In this document: positions 45,473 through 55,419 of the stretch, in pieces | How the letters are laid out: every line of letters starts with the position of its first letter | Numbering within the stretch: position 1 is the stretch's first letter | Source of the DNA: Candidatus Colwellbacteria bacterium | GTDB taxonomy: Bacteria; Patescibacteriota; Minisyncoccia; UBA6257; Colwellbacteraceae | Direction of reading: 5' to 3' | Length of the DNA stretch: 64,000 nt | NCBI GenBank assembly: GCA_016176505.1 | Contig: JACOXB010000010.1 | Location: forward strand, 27,021 to 91,020 | Position numbers and translations under genes: made by a program | The notes under the pieces: model-generated | Told to the model about the DNA's origin: nothing | Databases searched by the model: none | The model's input: the letters and a program-made list of their open reading frames with translations, nothing else

Positions 45473-46132
45473 TCAAAGGCTCTTTCTATGACCTCGCCGC
45501 CACCTTTCAATCTCCTTATGGTTACCCGAAATAAGCACTTTCGGCGCCGGATATTTTTTACCTTTATGAATAAAAACCTCGGGTCGGGTATAAACCGGAA
45601 CGCCGGTTCCTAAACGTTTTTCTTCAAGCGATTCGGCCCTACCCAGCACGCCTTTTAAATGGCGCGAAACAGCATCAACTAAAACGGCGGCGGCGAGTTC
45701 CCCGCCAGTCAAAACATAGGGACCGATGGAAATCTCTTCAGCTTTAAAAATTTTAATGAGACGCGCATCAACTCCTTCGTAGCGGCCGCAAATAAGAACT
45801 AGGTGTTTATAATTCTTGGCAAGGGCAGCCGCTCTTTTACTATTGAATTGTTTTCCAGTAGCTGAAAATAAAATTATCTTTGACTTTTGTCTCCCAATTT
45901 TCTTCTTAACAACTTCGAGTGCCTTAACCATCGGCTCAAGCTTAATTACCATGCCCGGCCCGCCGCCGTAAGAACGGTCGTCAACAGTCCTATGCTTATC
46001 TCCGGCATAATCCCGGGGGTTGTAGAATTTTATTTTTACCAACCCCTTTTTCTGGGCAAGCCCTACAATCGACTCCTCTAGGTAGGGTTTAATTGTTTCG
46101 GGAAATAGCGAGATGATATGGAAGGTCGTCAT
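45473..46132 (-). CDS. trmD: tRNA (guanine37-N1)-methyltransferase TrmD
   Basis: SPOUT knot motifs (…LICGRYEGVDAR…, …SIGPYVLTGGELAA…). Confidence 0.9.
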   Translation of the reverse strand: MTTFHIISLFPETIKPYLEESIVGLAQKKGLVKIKFYNPRDYAGDKHRTVDDRSYGGGPGMVIKLEPMVKALEVVKKKIGRQKSKIILFSATGKQFNSKRAAALAKNYKHLVLICGRYEGVDARLIKIFKAEEISIGPYVLTGGELAAAVLVDAVSRHLKGVLGRAESLEEKRLGTGVPVYTRPEVFIHKGKKYPAPKVLISGNHKEIERWRRGHRKSL

Positions 46133-46139
46133 CGGTACT

Positions 46140-46166
46140 TAGTATTATGTATATCGTATTAAGTAT
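46140..46166 (+). repeat. Conserved 27-nt AT-rich motif, copy 2 (tAGTATTatGTATatCGTATTAAGTAT)
   Basis: See 4572..4598. It lies 58 bp upstream (plus strand) of the conserved ~90-bp element. Confidence 0.5.
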
Positions 46167-46224
46167 AAAGAAATATTCTCCCTCGTAGCTAACATCGCTG
46201 GAAAGTATCAGAAAATTACCGAAT

Positions 46225-46315
46225 GAGCCGCGTAGCGAGCCAGGCCCCGCGTAGCAGGGTGGCGAGCAGAGTGCGAGTGAGAAGAATTTTCGATGTTTGG
46301 AGGCGCGTTGGCGGA
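46225..46315. repeat. Conserved ~90-bp GCGAGCC-rich element, copy 2, between the KH-protein gene and trmD
   Basis: GAGCCGCGTAGCGAGCCAGGCCCCGCGTAGCAGGGTGGCGAGCAGAGTGCGAGTGAGAAGAATT…GTTGGCG aligns with copy 1 at about 85% identity. Confidence 0.7.
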
Positions 46316-46337
46316 GGGAAAATATTTCTTTATTTCA

Positions 46338-46377
46338 AAAAGAAAAACTCCGCTAGTTAGCGGAGTTTTTCTTTCTA
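46338..46377. terminator. Bidirectional intrinsic terminator (CTCCGCTA-gt-TAGCGGAG, flanked by an A-run and a T-run)
   Basis: Perfect 8-bp stem with T-runs on both strands. It terminates the KH gene on the minus strand and would terminate a plus-strand transcript of the ~90-bp element. Confidence 0.65.
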
Positions 46378-46734
46378 GAGATCTTTGATGTCGTCGATTA
46401 CCTTATCGACTGGGCCTTGACCCTCTTGAGGTCTTTCAGCTTCCCTTCTTTCGCTTCCTCTTCCGCCTGCGGGTCTACGACCCCCTTCAGGTTCTTCAAT
46501 CTTTAGGTTCACTCGGGCGTTATTCTTCACTCCCACAATTCGAAGAAGGGAACGAATAGCCTTAGCAGTACTCCCCTCCCGGCCAACCACTTGACCCATG
46601 TCCTGGGGATTTACCTTGAGCACCAAAAGCACTCCCAGCTCATCTATCCGTCTTTCAACCTTAACGTCTTCGGGGTGATCAACAATCGATTTCACCACGA
46701 ATTCGAGGAATTCCCTGTCAGTCTGATCGTTCAT
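46375..46734 (-). CDS. KH-domain RNA-binding protein (YlqC/UPF0109-like) with Arg/Glu-rich C-terminal tail
   Basis: VVGREGSTAKAIRSL matches the KH GxxG loop. It lies between rpsP and trmD, where rimM or a KH gene is usual. Confidence 0.7.
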   Translation of the reverse strand: MNDQTDREFLEFVVKSIVDHPEDVKVERRIDELGVLLVLKVNPQDMGQVVGREGSTAKAIRSLLRIVGVKNNARVNLKIEEPEGGRRPAGGRGSERREAERPQEGQGPVDKVIDDIKDL

Positions 46735-46749
46735 TACGATAAAACCTGT

Positions 46750-46998
46750 CTACTTTCGACCTTTCCAGTCAACCTGCAGTTTTTTCAAAATCTGCCTAAC
46801 CGTTTCACTCGGTTTAGCCCCGACACCCAGCCAGTATAGCACGCGCTCCTTCTTCACTTCAAAGGCATTAGAATGCGGATTATACCAGCCCAGATCCTCG
46901 ACAAACTTGCCCCGAACTTTAGCTTTGGCCTCCTGAACTATGACGCGAAAAGTCCGCTGTCCTTTCCGCCCAACCATTTTTAATTTAATTGAAAGCAT
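46750..46998 (-). CDS. rpsP: 30S ribosomal protein S16
   Basis: MLSIKLKMVGRKGQRTFRVIV… is the S16 N-terminal signature. Confidence 0.9.
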   Translation of the reverse strand: MLSIKLKMVGRKGQRTFRVIVQEAKAKVRGKFVEDLGWYNPHSNAFEVKKERVLYWLGVGAKPSETVRQILKKLQVDWKGRK

Positions 46999-47022
46999 AA
47001 CGCGGCCAATAATACTCTGGTT

Positions 47023-49152
47023 TTAGCTAAGTTTCAAGGACACCAGTTTCGAGGTGCCGTCTGGCGCCATAGTGACGCCGTAAAGCACATCAGCCACTTC
47101 CATGGTCGCCCGGTTATGAGTAACCACGATAAACTGGGTTTTAGCTGATAAATCTTTAAGCATTTCGCCGAAACGTTTGGCGTTTTTCTCATCAAGGGCT
47201 ACATCAATTTCATCAAGCACTAAAAATGGCGGCGAGCTTACGGAAATCAAGGCAAAAAGCGCCGCGATCGAAACCAGACTCCGCTCGCCGCCTGAAAGCA
47301 CGTCAAGTCCTTTAATTTTTTTTCGAGGTAAAGAAAGATCAATTTCCACGCCCGGGATGTTCGAATTGTTGGATCGTTCTGCTTGTTGGACTTGTTCGCC
47401 ATCCTCATCTCCGACAACTCCGACATCTTCAACATTTTGGATAGTTAGCTTTGCTTTTCCGCCCCCGAACATCAAACTCACTAATTTATTAAATTCCTGA
47501 TTAATTAATTTAATCGCCGAGTCGAATTCTTTATTAATTTTTTCTTCAAGATCTCTAATTAGTTTTTTAAGATCCGCCATTGCTCGCTCGAGATCAACCG
47601 ATTCAGCTGAAAGAAAATTGTATCTTTCTTCAGTTTCTTTGGCCTCTTCGATTAAGACCTCGTCAACCTCACCAATACTTGCGAGTTCGCCCCGGAGTTT
47701 GAGCATCAATTTAAGAACCTGCTCCTCCACGATCGGCGCCGCCCCTAACTCCTCTCTCCTAATTTCTAGCTCCTCGATACTGCGGCCGATCTGAAGCAGC
47801 TCCTCATGAAGCGCGGTTTGTCTTGAGACTAAACGTTCCCGCCCGATTATCAGGTGATTCTCCTCTTCTTTTAAAGCTTCGAGTTTTTTCCGCTCTGATT
47901 CAACCAGGGCATAAGCTGATTTAAAACGTTCGTTAAAGCTCGTGATCGTCCCTCTCGCTTTTTCTTCTTCGCGGACAAGCTCGCGAAGAGCCTGGTCTAG
48001 ATTATTTAAGTTTTTAGTGATTGATTCAATTTCTTTAGTAAGCTTTTTATCGGCTTTATCTAGCAAATCTCCTTTGTTATCAAGTAGATTCAGAATCTGC
48101 TGCAAGCCATCCTTTAATTTAGCCGGATCTTTTTCATCGAGCAGATTCTTCGCGACTCGCCTAACTTCATTAATAATCTTTAGAAAATCAGTCTCGCTCT
48201 CACCGGATTTCGCCTCGAATTCAAGTCTGGCTTCGAAGCGGCCAAGCTCTTTTTGTAATTTCTCGCGCTCGCTAAGAATCGAGCTCCTTTTCAGCTGAAG
48301 CTCGCCTCCGCCAGAGGCGGATCCGCCTTCGGCAGAGATTTTTTTCATTTCTGCCTCGGCTCCGGTAAAAACTTCTTCTTGGCGAGTAATTTGCTCTTTT
48401 AGCTTGGCCTCTCGGCTCGCTAATTCTTTTTCGCCTTTTCTAATTGTCTCGAGCCGCCGACCGTAAAAGTTGTTCTCAAGCTCTCTTAATTCTTCGGCAA
48501 GTTTTTCCCGACTTTCGTAACGCGAGGCCTGTTTTTTCAGAAAACGAAGATGGGGTTTTATTTCTTCAAGCGAAAGTTTAATTTTTTCTAAATTAGAAAA
48601 GGTATTTTCAAGCCGGCGGCTGGCTTCATCTTTTTTAATCTCGTATTCTTTGAGCCCCAGAATTTCCTCGATCATGGTCCGTCGCTCTAAGGGGTTTGCT
48701 TTCACAAAAATGTCGCTTTCCCCTTGATTAACGACAGCAAGCCCCCTGGGACCAACCTTGATTTTCGCGAGAAGTTCGGCAATGTCCTTTAATCTGACCT
48801 CGCTCTTATTAAGAAAAAAGTGAGTCAGACCGTCCCGGCCCAAGCGACGGGAAATAACCACCTCCTTGAAATCGAGCGGGAAAACACCTGAGTGGTTATC
48901 AAAGACAAATGAAGCCTGGGCCAAGCCGACCCGGGCTCTCATTTGTGTGCCGGCAAAAATTAAGTCCTCGCTTTTACCGCCCCGAAGCTGCCTCGCATCC
49001 CGCTCGCCCAAGAGCCATCTTACCGCATCAATAATATTTGATTTGCCTGAACCATTAGGACCGACGATGGCGGTGACGCCGCTTGTTAAATCAAGACTGA
49101 TTTTGTCAGCAAAAGACTTAAATCCCTGAAGTTCAAGCCGCTTTAAAAACAT
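47023..49152 (-). CDS. smc: SMC-family chromosome segregation ATPase (short, 709 aa)
   Basis: N-terminal Walker A (FKSFADK…IVGPNGSGKSNIIDA), long coiled coils, and the C-terminal signature LSGGERSL plus Walker B LDEIDVALD. Confidence 0.75.
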   Translation of the reverse strand: MFLKRLELQGFKSFADKISLDLTSGVTAIVGPNGSGKSNIIDAVRWLLGERDARQLRGGKSEDLIFAGTQMRARVGLAQASFVFDNHSGVFPLDFKEVVISRRLGRDGLTHFFLNKSEVRLKDIAELLAKIKVGPRGLAVVNQGESDIFVKANPLERRTMIEEILGLKEYEIKKDEASRRLENTFSNLEKIKLSLEEIKPHLRFLKKQASRYESREKLAEELRELENNFYGRRLETIRKGEKELASREAKLKEQITRQEEVFTGAEAEMKKISAEGGSASGGGELQLKRSSILSEREKLQKELGRFEARLEFEAKSGESETDFLKIINEVRRVAKNLLDEKDPAKLKDGLQQILNLLDNKGDLLDKADKKLTKEIESITKNLNNLDQALRELVREEEKARGTITSFNERFKSAYALVESERKKLEALKEEENHLIIGRERLVSRQTALHEELLQIGRSIEELEIRREELGAAPIVEEQVLKLMLKLRGELASIGEVDEVLIEEAKETEERYNFLSAESVDLERAMADLKKLIRDLEEKINKEFDSAIKLINQEFNKLVSLMFGGGKAKLTIQNVEDVGVVGDEDGEQVQQAERSNNSNIPGVEIDLSLPRKKIKGLDVLSGGERSLVSIAALFALISVSSPPFLVLDEIDVALDEKNAKRFGEMLKDLSAKTQFIVVTHNRATMEVADVLYGVTMAPDGTSKLVSLKLS

Positions 49153-49186
49153 TTAATCCTCTAGTTTACTGGTTTATTATACAACT

Positions 49187-49678
49187 ATGCCTGTTATTGG
49201 AATTGATGAAGCTGGCCGCGGCGCCTTGGCAGGACCTGTTGTTGTTGCGGCCGTTCGAATCCCGCCGCGGTTCTATCCTCGGGCGGCCCATCTCCCCATC
49301 CGCCGGGCGGCTGATATCGCCTCGACCCAATCCCTGATTCGACTTTTACGCTTGACTCGATCGCCCCTCAGTGAATGTTTTATCTATCTTGACGGCGGTC
49401 TAAGTATTCTCGACGAGGTACTTGTTAATAAGCTTGGACATCGGATTAAAACCGTGATTCGGGGTGATGAAAAGCTCGTCGCTATTAAGCTCGGCTCAAT
49501 TGTGGCCAAAGTTACAAGAGACAATTACATGCTTAAGCTCCACGAACGCTATCCAAGTTACGGCCTTAATCTTCACAAGGGTTACGGCACGGCTCTTCAT
49601 GGCCGGCGAATTAAAAGATTTGGTCCGGCCGAAATCCATCGATTGACCTATCTTAGAAAAAGCTTTACCATAACGTAG
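49187..49678 (+). CDS. rnhB: Ribonuclease HII
   Basis: The N-terminal segment IGIDEAGRGALAGPVVVAAV is the RNase HII catalytic signature. Confidence 0.8.
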   Translation: MPVIGIDEAGRGALAGPVVVAAVRIPPRFYPRAAHLPIRRAADIASTQSLIRLLRLTRSPLSECFIYLDGGLSILDEVLVNKLGHRIKTVIRGDEKLVAIKLGSIVAKVTRDNYMLKLHERYPSYGLNLHKGYGTALHGRRIKRFGPAEIHRLTYLRKSFTIT

Positions 49679-49718
49679 TCATAAGTTATTAGTTATAAGT
49701 CATTAGTTCTTTAGCTAG

Positions 49719-49886
49719 ATGGGCGTACCTAAAAAACACCACACTAAATCTAAAGTAGGTAGGAGGCGGTCGCAGCAAGCGAGACGCCCCCTTAAGCTTA
49801 TCCCCTGCGTGAAGTGCGCTGCTCCCAACCTCCCCCACCGAGTTTGTAAAAACTGCGGACACTATGGCGGCAAGACAGCTCGGTAG
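49719..49886 (+). CDS. rpmF: 50S ribosomal protein L32 (not in ORF track; 55 aa)
   Basis: Hand translation gives [55 protein letters not shown]. The L32 N-terminal KxHxxK motif and CxxC…CxxC are present. Confidence 0.8.
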   Translation: MGVPKKHHTKSKVGRRRSQQARRPLKLIPCVKCAAPNLPHRVCKNCGHYGGKTAR

Positions 49887-50301
49887 AGGCATAGCTCTGC
49901 AGGCGCTTTACGAATGGGATTTTTACAATCGCGAAATCGATCTTAAAACTCTTACTGAAAGGAATATGAGCGAATTTGCTCCTGGCTACACTGACCAGAA
50001 ATTTGTTTTTGGCTTAGTCGAAGGGGTGGAATCAAAAATAGAAAAACTCGACGAGATCATCTCTACTTCAGCTCCAGAGTGGCCGCTTGAAAAGCTTTCG
50101 CCGATTGATCGGAATGTTCTTCGTTTAGGACTTTACGAATTGCTCTATGCCGACCGCGCCGAGGTGCCGCCGCGGGTGGCGATTAACGAAGCGATTGAAC
50201 TGGCTAAAACCTATGGCGGCTTAAACTCGGGCAAATTTATAAACGGCGTGATGGGTACGGTTTATCGGGAAATGGGCGAGCCAGACAAACGGGAAGAATA
50301 A
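49864..50301 (+). CDS. nusB: Transcription antitermination factor NusB
   Basis: [13 protein letters not shown]… and the C-terminal [29 protein letters not shown] match NusB. Confidence 0.8.
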   Translation: MAARQLGRGIALQALYEWDFYNREIDLKTLTERNMSEFAPGYTDQKFVFGLVEGVESKIEKLDEIISTSAPEWPLEKLSPIDRNVLRLGLYELLYADRAEVPPRVAINEAIELAKTYGGLNSGKFINGVMGTVYREMGEPDKREE

Positions 50302-50990
50302 TGGAGCTAGAAGCACTTCAACGAAAAATTAGTTTAAATTTTGAAAATCTTGACCTTTTAAAGGAGGCCCTGACCCACCGTTCTTATTTAAATGAAAATC
50401 CTAAATGGCAATACGGCAATAATGAACGCTTGGAATTTTTAGGCGATGCGGTACTCGAACTTGCTATTACTGAAGAACTTTTCAGCCATTTTCCTAAAAA
50501 AGAAGAGGGCGAATTAACTCTTTATCGAGCTGGATTAGTGAACACCAGAACCTTGGCCCAGCTCGCCGAGGAAATAGAGCTTGATAAAGCTATTCTTTTG
50601 TCCCGGGGTGAGGCTAAAAACTTCTCCGGCCGGGCCAAAGAAACAATTTCAGCTGACGCAGTTGAGGCGTTGATCGGTGCGATTTACTTAGATCAGGGAT
50701 ACGAAAAGGCTAAAGAGTTCATTAATCGCTTCATTTTCTCTCGGGTTGATGAACTGATTAAAGAAGGCGGTAAAGATCCGAAAAGTCTGATTCAAGAAAT
50801 GGCTCAAGGAGAGCATAAAGTAACGCCGACCTATCGGGTTCTTTCCGAAACCGGACCGGCCCACGATCGAATTTTTAAAGTTGGCCTTTATTTTGGTGAA
50901 GAATTAAAAACCGAGGGCGAAGGCAAATCCAAACAAGAAGCCGAAACCGAAGCCGCTAAAAACCTGCTCCGAGAAATGCGAAGAATCTAA
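50301..50990 (+). CDS. rnc: Ribonuclease III
   Basis: The ERLEFLGDAVLELAITEELF signature, plus a C-terminal dsRBD. Confidence 0.9.
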   Translation: MELEALQRKISLNFENLDLLKEALTHRSYLNENPKWQYGNNERLEFLGDAVLELAITEELFSHFPKKEEGELTLYRAGLVNTRTLAQLAEEIELDKAILLSRGEAKNFSGRAKETISADAVEALIGAIYLDQGYEKAKEFINRFIFSRVDELIKEGGKDPKSLIQEMAQGEHKVTPTYRVLSETGPAHDRIFKVGLYFGEELKTEGEGKSKQEAETEAAKNLLREMRRI

Positions 50991-51050
50991 AAATGGGAAG
51001 GCCCGCCTGTGGTGCGGGATCCCTCCCATCCACGGCGGGCCGTGAAAACT

Positions 51051-51884
51051 TCAGTCGATCTCGGCGCTCGACTGCCACGGGGCGATCATCGCGGTCTGGC
51101 CCATCACGTGTGGACCTTCGAGTACCAAGGCCGGATGGTCGCTATTGTAGAGCACGCCCTCAGCGACTAGGAGGATGGCGGTATCCCCGCTGGAAGTCCG
51201 ACCGAAGGTGATGCTCGTTCCGTCGAGCAGATGCCTGGTCCCGAAAACCCTCTGCCAACCCGTCACATTCAGCGATTGCCGAACATGATTGTAGTCGACC
51301 ACGAGCTCCTCGGGGGGCAGGCGATGACCACGGGCCTGCATCAACTCGATCGTCTGCCACCAGCTGAGCGGCGTGCCTGGCGGCGGCAGCTCGAGGCGCT
51401 GAACCTGCAGCCTGGCCGCTACTTCGTTCCCCCGAAAGAGCCGATCCTTACGGGGGTCTGGTGCGAGCACCGGGAAAGCGAAGATGTCTCCCTGCCGCTT
51501 GGTGTGCTCTCGACCGAACTGCTTCTCCAGCTCACGGATGCGTCTCGGCTTGATGGCTTCGAAGAAGCCGGTCTCGCCCCGCTTACCGTAGATCTCGAGA
51601 ACCTCGGGTTCAAGCGGAACAAGAAACGGCCGCTCATCAGTGCCGCCGAAGAACACCTCTCGCGGATGTTCGCCGTTCTCGGCGAAGAGGAACTGCACAC
51701 CGCCATTTAAAGGAACGAACACGCTGGTCTTGGTCGTGACCAGAGTGATGTCGCTGCCAGCCCGTCGGGTGTCGTTCCCCGACATGCCACCGTAGCCAGA
51801 TTGCCAAGATTCGAAGCGCAGGCTAGCGAGACCAGCCCGTTCCGGCAGCGTTGCCATATCTGCGACTTTCATGTCACCTCCCAT
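51051..51884 (-). CDS. Hypothetical protein in GC-rich island between rnc and dnaE
   Basis: 277-aa ORF with a balanced composition. The antisense plus-strand ORFs are Arg/Pro-biased. The GC content is clearly above that of its neighbours. Confidence 0.45.
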   Translation of the reverse strand: MGGDMKVADMATLPERAGLASLRFESWQSGYGGMSGNDTRRAGSDITLVTTKTSVFVPLNGGVQFLFAENGEHPREVFFGGTDERPFLVPLEPEVLEIYGKRGETGFFEAIKPRRIRELEKQFGREHTKRQGDIFAFPVLAPDPRKDRLFRGNEVAARLQVQRLELPPPGTPLSWWQTIELMQARGHRLPPEELVVDYNHVRQSLNVTGWQRVFGTRHLLDGTSITFGRTSSGDTAILLVAEGVLYNSDHPALVLEGPHVMGQTAMIAPWQSSAEID

Positions 51885-51908
51885 CTCGCGGATACGATCC
51901 TGATCGAA

Positions 51909-52175
51909 CTACTGCCAGTTTCGTTTTCCCTTCGCCCACTTGGGCATATGCTCGGCGCAGTAGTACTGCTCGTCCTCGACCCGCTCCGCGGTTACGTAGA
52001 CGTATGCTGGTTTGCCGCACGAACAGTTCTCGTAGGCACGCCAGCCCTTGGCATACCCGATCGACACGACAAAAGCCATTAGATTCCTCCTCCCCTCACG
52101 AATCAACGTGCTGTTGAGACCCTCTGCCTCAATAATAACATCAAACCAGATATTGGTGATTCTGTAAACCCCCAC
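51909..52175 (-). CDS. Hypothetical small protein in GC-rich island (CxC…CxxH motif)
   Basis: 88 aa (…YENCSCGKPAYVYVTAERVEDEQYYCAEHMPKW…). It is followed at 52169-52196 by the perfect palindrome CCCCCACACCTAT-aca-TAGGTGTGGGGG and by GAGCCAGGGGCGAGGGCGG. Confidence 0.4.
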   Translation of the reverse strand: MGVYRITNIWFDVIIEAEGLNSTLIREGRRNLMAFVVSIGYAKGWRAYENCSCGKPAYVYVTAERVEDEQYYCAEHMPKWAKGKRNWQ

Positions 52176-52244
52176 ACCTATACATAGGTGTGGGGGTAAA
52201 GCGAAAGTTGAGCCAGGGGCGAGGGCGGCTTATAATGAGCTAAA

Positions 52245-55200
52245 ATGGCGAAATTTGTTCATCTGCACACTCACTCTCACTACTCTCTGCTTGATGGTCT
52301 TTCGAAAGTCGGCCCCTTAGTAAAGAGAGCTAAAGAACTAGGGATGGAGGCCCTGGCCCTGACTGACCATGGCAATCTTTACGGTTCGGTTGAGTTTTAT
52401 AAAAAGGCTAAAGCGGCCGGGATCAAACCCATCATCGGCGTTGAAACTTATGTAGCTCGCCACTCTCGTTTATCTAAAGACCCGAAAGTAGATAGTGTTC
52501 GTTATCACCTGACTTTACTGGTTAAAAATAAAGAAGGCTATCGCAACCTAGTTCAGTTAATTACTAAATCGCACCTTGAAGGTTTTTATTACAAGCCAAG
52601 AATCGACAAGGAGCTTTTAGAAAAATATCGCGAAGGTTTGATTTGTCTTTCCGGCTGTTTTTCGGGAGAGGTGGGAAAACTTTTACGAGCCGGAAACAAA
52701 GCCGGAGCTGAAGAAGCGGTAAAATATTATCACAATCTTTTTGGAAAAATACAACATCCCTTTAGTCGCCACCCAAGATTCTCATTATTTAAATCGTGAG
52801 GACGCGCCGATTCACGAAATCCTTTTGGCGATCCAGACCAATAACCGGCTTGATGATGAGGATCGATTAACCTTTAAAGAGCACGATGCCTCTTTTCGCT
52901 CAGGCGAAGAGATGGCTGAAGTTTTCAAAGATTTACCCGAGGCAATCGAGAATACACTCCGCGTGGCGGAAAAATGCAATTTCGAGTTTGAGTTAGATAA
53001 AACCCATTTGCCAGTCTATCCCCTGCCCGAGGGTGAAACTAATAGCAATGTTTATTTACGACGCATAGCTCGCGAGGGTCTGCCAAAACGAGGACTTGGG
53101 GCTGATAAAAAAGCTCATGAACGGCTTGAATATGAACTTGGCGTGATTGAGACAACCGGCTTCGCCGACTACTTCCTGATTGTCCAGGACTTTGTGAACT
53201 GGGCTAAAAATCACGGCATTGCCGTTGGCCCGGGCCGAGGCTCAGCTGCCGGCAGTATTGTTTCTTATCTTTTAAATATCACTGATGTTGACCCATTAAA
53301 ATACGACCTGCTTTTTGAAAGATTTTTGAATCCGGAGCGAATCCAAATGCCGGACTTCGATCTTGATTTTGCCGACCACCGTAGGGACGAAGTTTTGGGA
53401 TATTTAAGAGATAAATACGGCAATGAGCATGTGGCTCAAATCATTACCTTCGGCACCATGGCCGCGAGAGCCGCGGTTCGCGATGCTGGCCGAGCTATGG
53501 GGATACCCTATTCTTTTTGCGACCGGGTGGCCAAGCTAATTCCTTTTATGGCCAACTTCGGCAACGAAGGCATTTCGGCATATCTAGAAAAATCACCAGA
53601 ACTTAGAGCGCTTCATGATTCTGATCCCCAAGTTAAAAATCTTTTGGAAATTGCCGAGAGACTGGAAGGTGTGGCTCGTCATGCTTCGGTCCATGCCTGC
53701 GGCGTTGTTATCACTGAGGAACCAACCACCCAGTACCTCGCTCTCCAGCGAGCGCCCCAAGATGAAAATACGATTATCACCCAAATTGAAATGCATGGAG
53801 TTGAAGACCTGGGCCTTTGGAAAATTGATCTTCTCGGGCTCCGAAACCTGACTATTATCGAGGAAACTTTAAGGCTAATTAAAGAACTTGATGGGGAGGA
53901 GATAAATATTGCTGATTTACCGCTCGATGATAAAAAAACTTTTGAATTGCTCCGCGCCGCTGAGACCACTGGTATTTTTCAGTTTGAATCTTCGGGCATG
54001 AAACGCTACATGAAAGACATAAAACCAACTAGTCTTGAAGATTTAGCCGCTCTTGTAGCCCTATACCGCCCTGGCCCGATTGAACTTATCCCAAGCTACA
54101 TTGCTCGAAAGCACGGTAAAGAAAAAGTAACTTATCTCCATCCCAAACTCGAGCCAATTATGGAAAAAACTTACGGCATCGGCATCTATCAGGAACAAAT
54201 GATGAGAATTGCGACTGACCTCGGGGGCTATACCCTGCCCGAGGCCGACACCCTAAGAAAAGCGATTGGTAAGAAAATCAAAGCTCTTCTTGATGCCCAA
54301 AAAGAAAAACTGATCAACGGGATGGTTAAAAACGGCATTGACATGAGAACAGCGGGGAAAATTTGGAGTCTCTTCCCGCCTTTTGCCCGTTATGGCTTCA
54401 ACCGCTCTCATGCTGTCTGCTACGCCTTGATTGGCTATCGGACCGCTTATTTGAAAAGTCATTACCCGGTTGAATTTATGACCGCCCTTTTAAACAACGC
54501 TTCGGGCGATGTGGAACGAATTTCTTTCTTAATTGACGAGGCCAAAAGAATGAAAATCGAGGTGCTTGCGCCTGATGTTAATAAAAGTGTCAGTGATTTT
54601 GTGCCTGAAGAAGTCAATATTCGTTTCGGCCTTCTCGCGATTAAAAATGTGGGTGCCAATATCACTCAGGCGATTGTTGAGGAACGATTAAGAAACGGGC
54701 CCTACGAAAGCCTGACTGGTTTCATTTTGAGAGCCAGACCCTTTGGCATGAATAAAAAAGTGGTTGAATCGCTTGCTAAAAGCGGCGCCCTTGATTCGCT
54801 CGGAGTTGAGAGAATGACGATTTTAAATAACACCGATGCCCTCCTCAGGGCAGCTGGCGGCACGAAAGCCGAAGCCACGAATGGCCAAAATAATCTTTTT
54901 GGCGCGAATCACAAATTTGAAATCAAACTCGTTCCCGCCCCCGAGCCGGCTTCGAGAACCACTAAACTTGGCTGGGAAAAAGAATTAATCGGACTTTATG
55001 TGACCGAGCACCCGCTTAAAGAATACTGGGAAAAACAAAATCCGAACGAGAACCAAACTATTAAAGGGGTTGTTGAAAAAGCGATTGAAGGGCGGGCGGC
55101 TAAGATTTTTGGTATTATTTCTAAAGTCCATCGGGTCCAGACGAAAACGGGGCGGATTATGTTTTTTGCCAAAATCGAGGATCCGAGTGGTACTATTGAA

Positions 55201-55341
55201 GTATTAGTTTTCCCTGACACCCTGGGTAAGGATCCGAGCCTGTGGCAGGAAAATAATGTAGTCGAAATTAATGGTCGAGTATCGAAAAGAGACGGCGAAC
55301 CAAAGTTAATATGCGCGGAGGCAAAAGCGATCAGTCTTTAG
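52245..55341 (+). CDS. dnaE: DNA polymerase III alpha subunit (DnaE), reading frame interrupted by a +1 shift near 52745-52760 (ORFs 52245..52799 and 52741..55341)
   Basis: PHP domain (HLHTHSHYSLLDG) in the first ORF. PLVATQDSHYL, the polymerase palm/fingers and the C-terminal OB domain are in the second. The shift coincides with a GGAAAAATAC run. Confidence 0.85.
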
Positions 55342-55419
55342 AGCATCTTCGGCATTCTCCCTAAGGGCAAACTCGGAATTGGTCCGGCAATTGAAAATGG
55401 TTTTTATTATGATTTTCTT

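Noticed and set aside
49689-49892. 67-aa minus-strand ORF
   Set aside because: It is the antisense of the hand-translated rpmF (L32) gene, which has a clear L32 signature.
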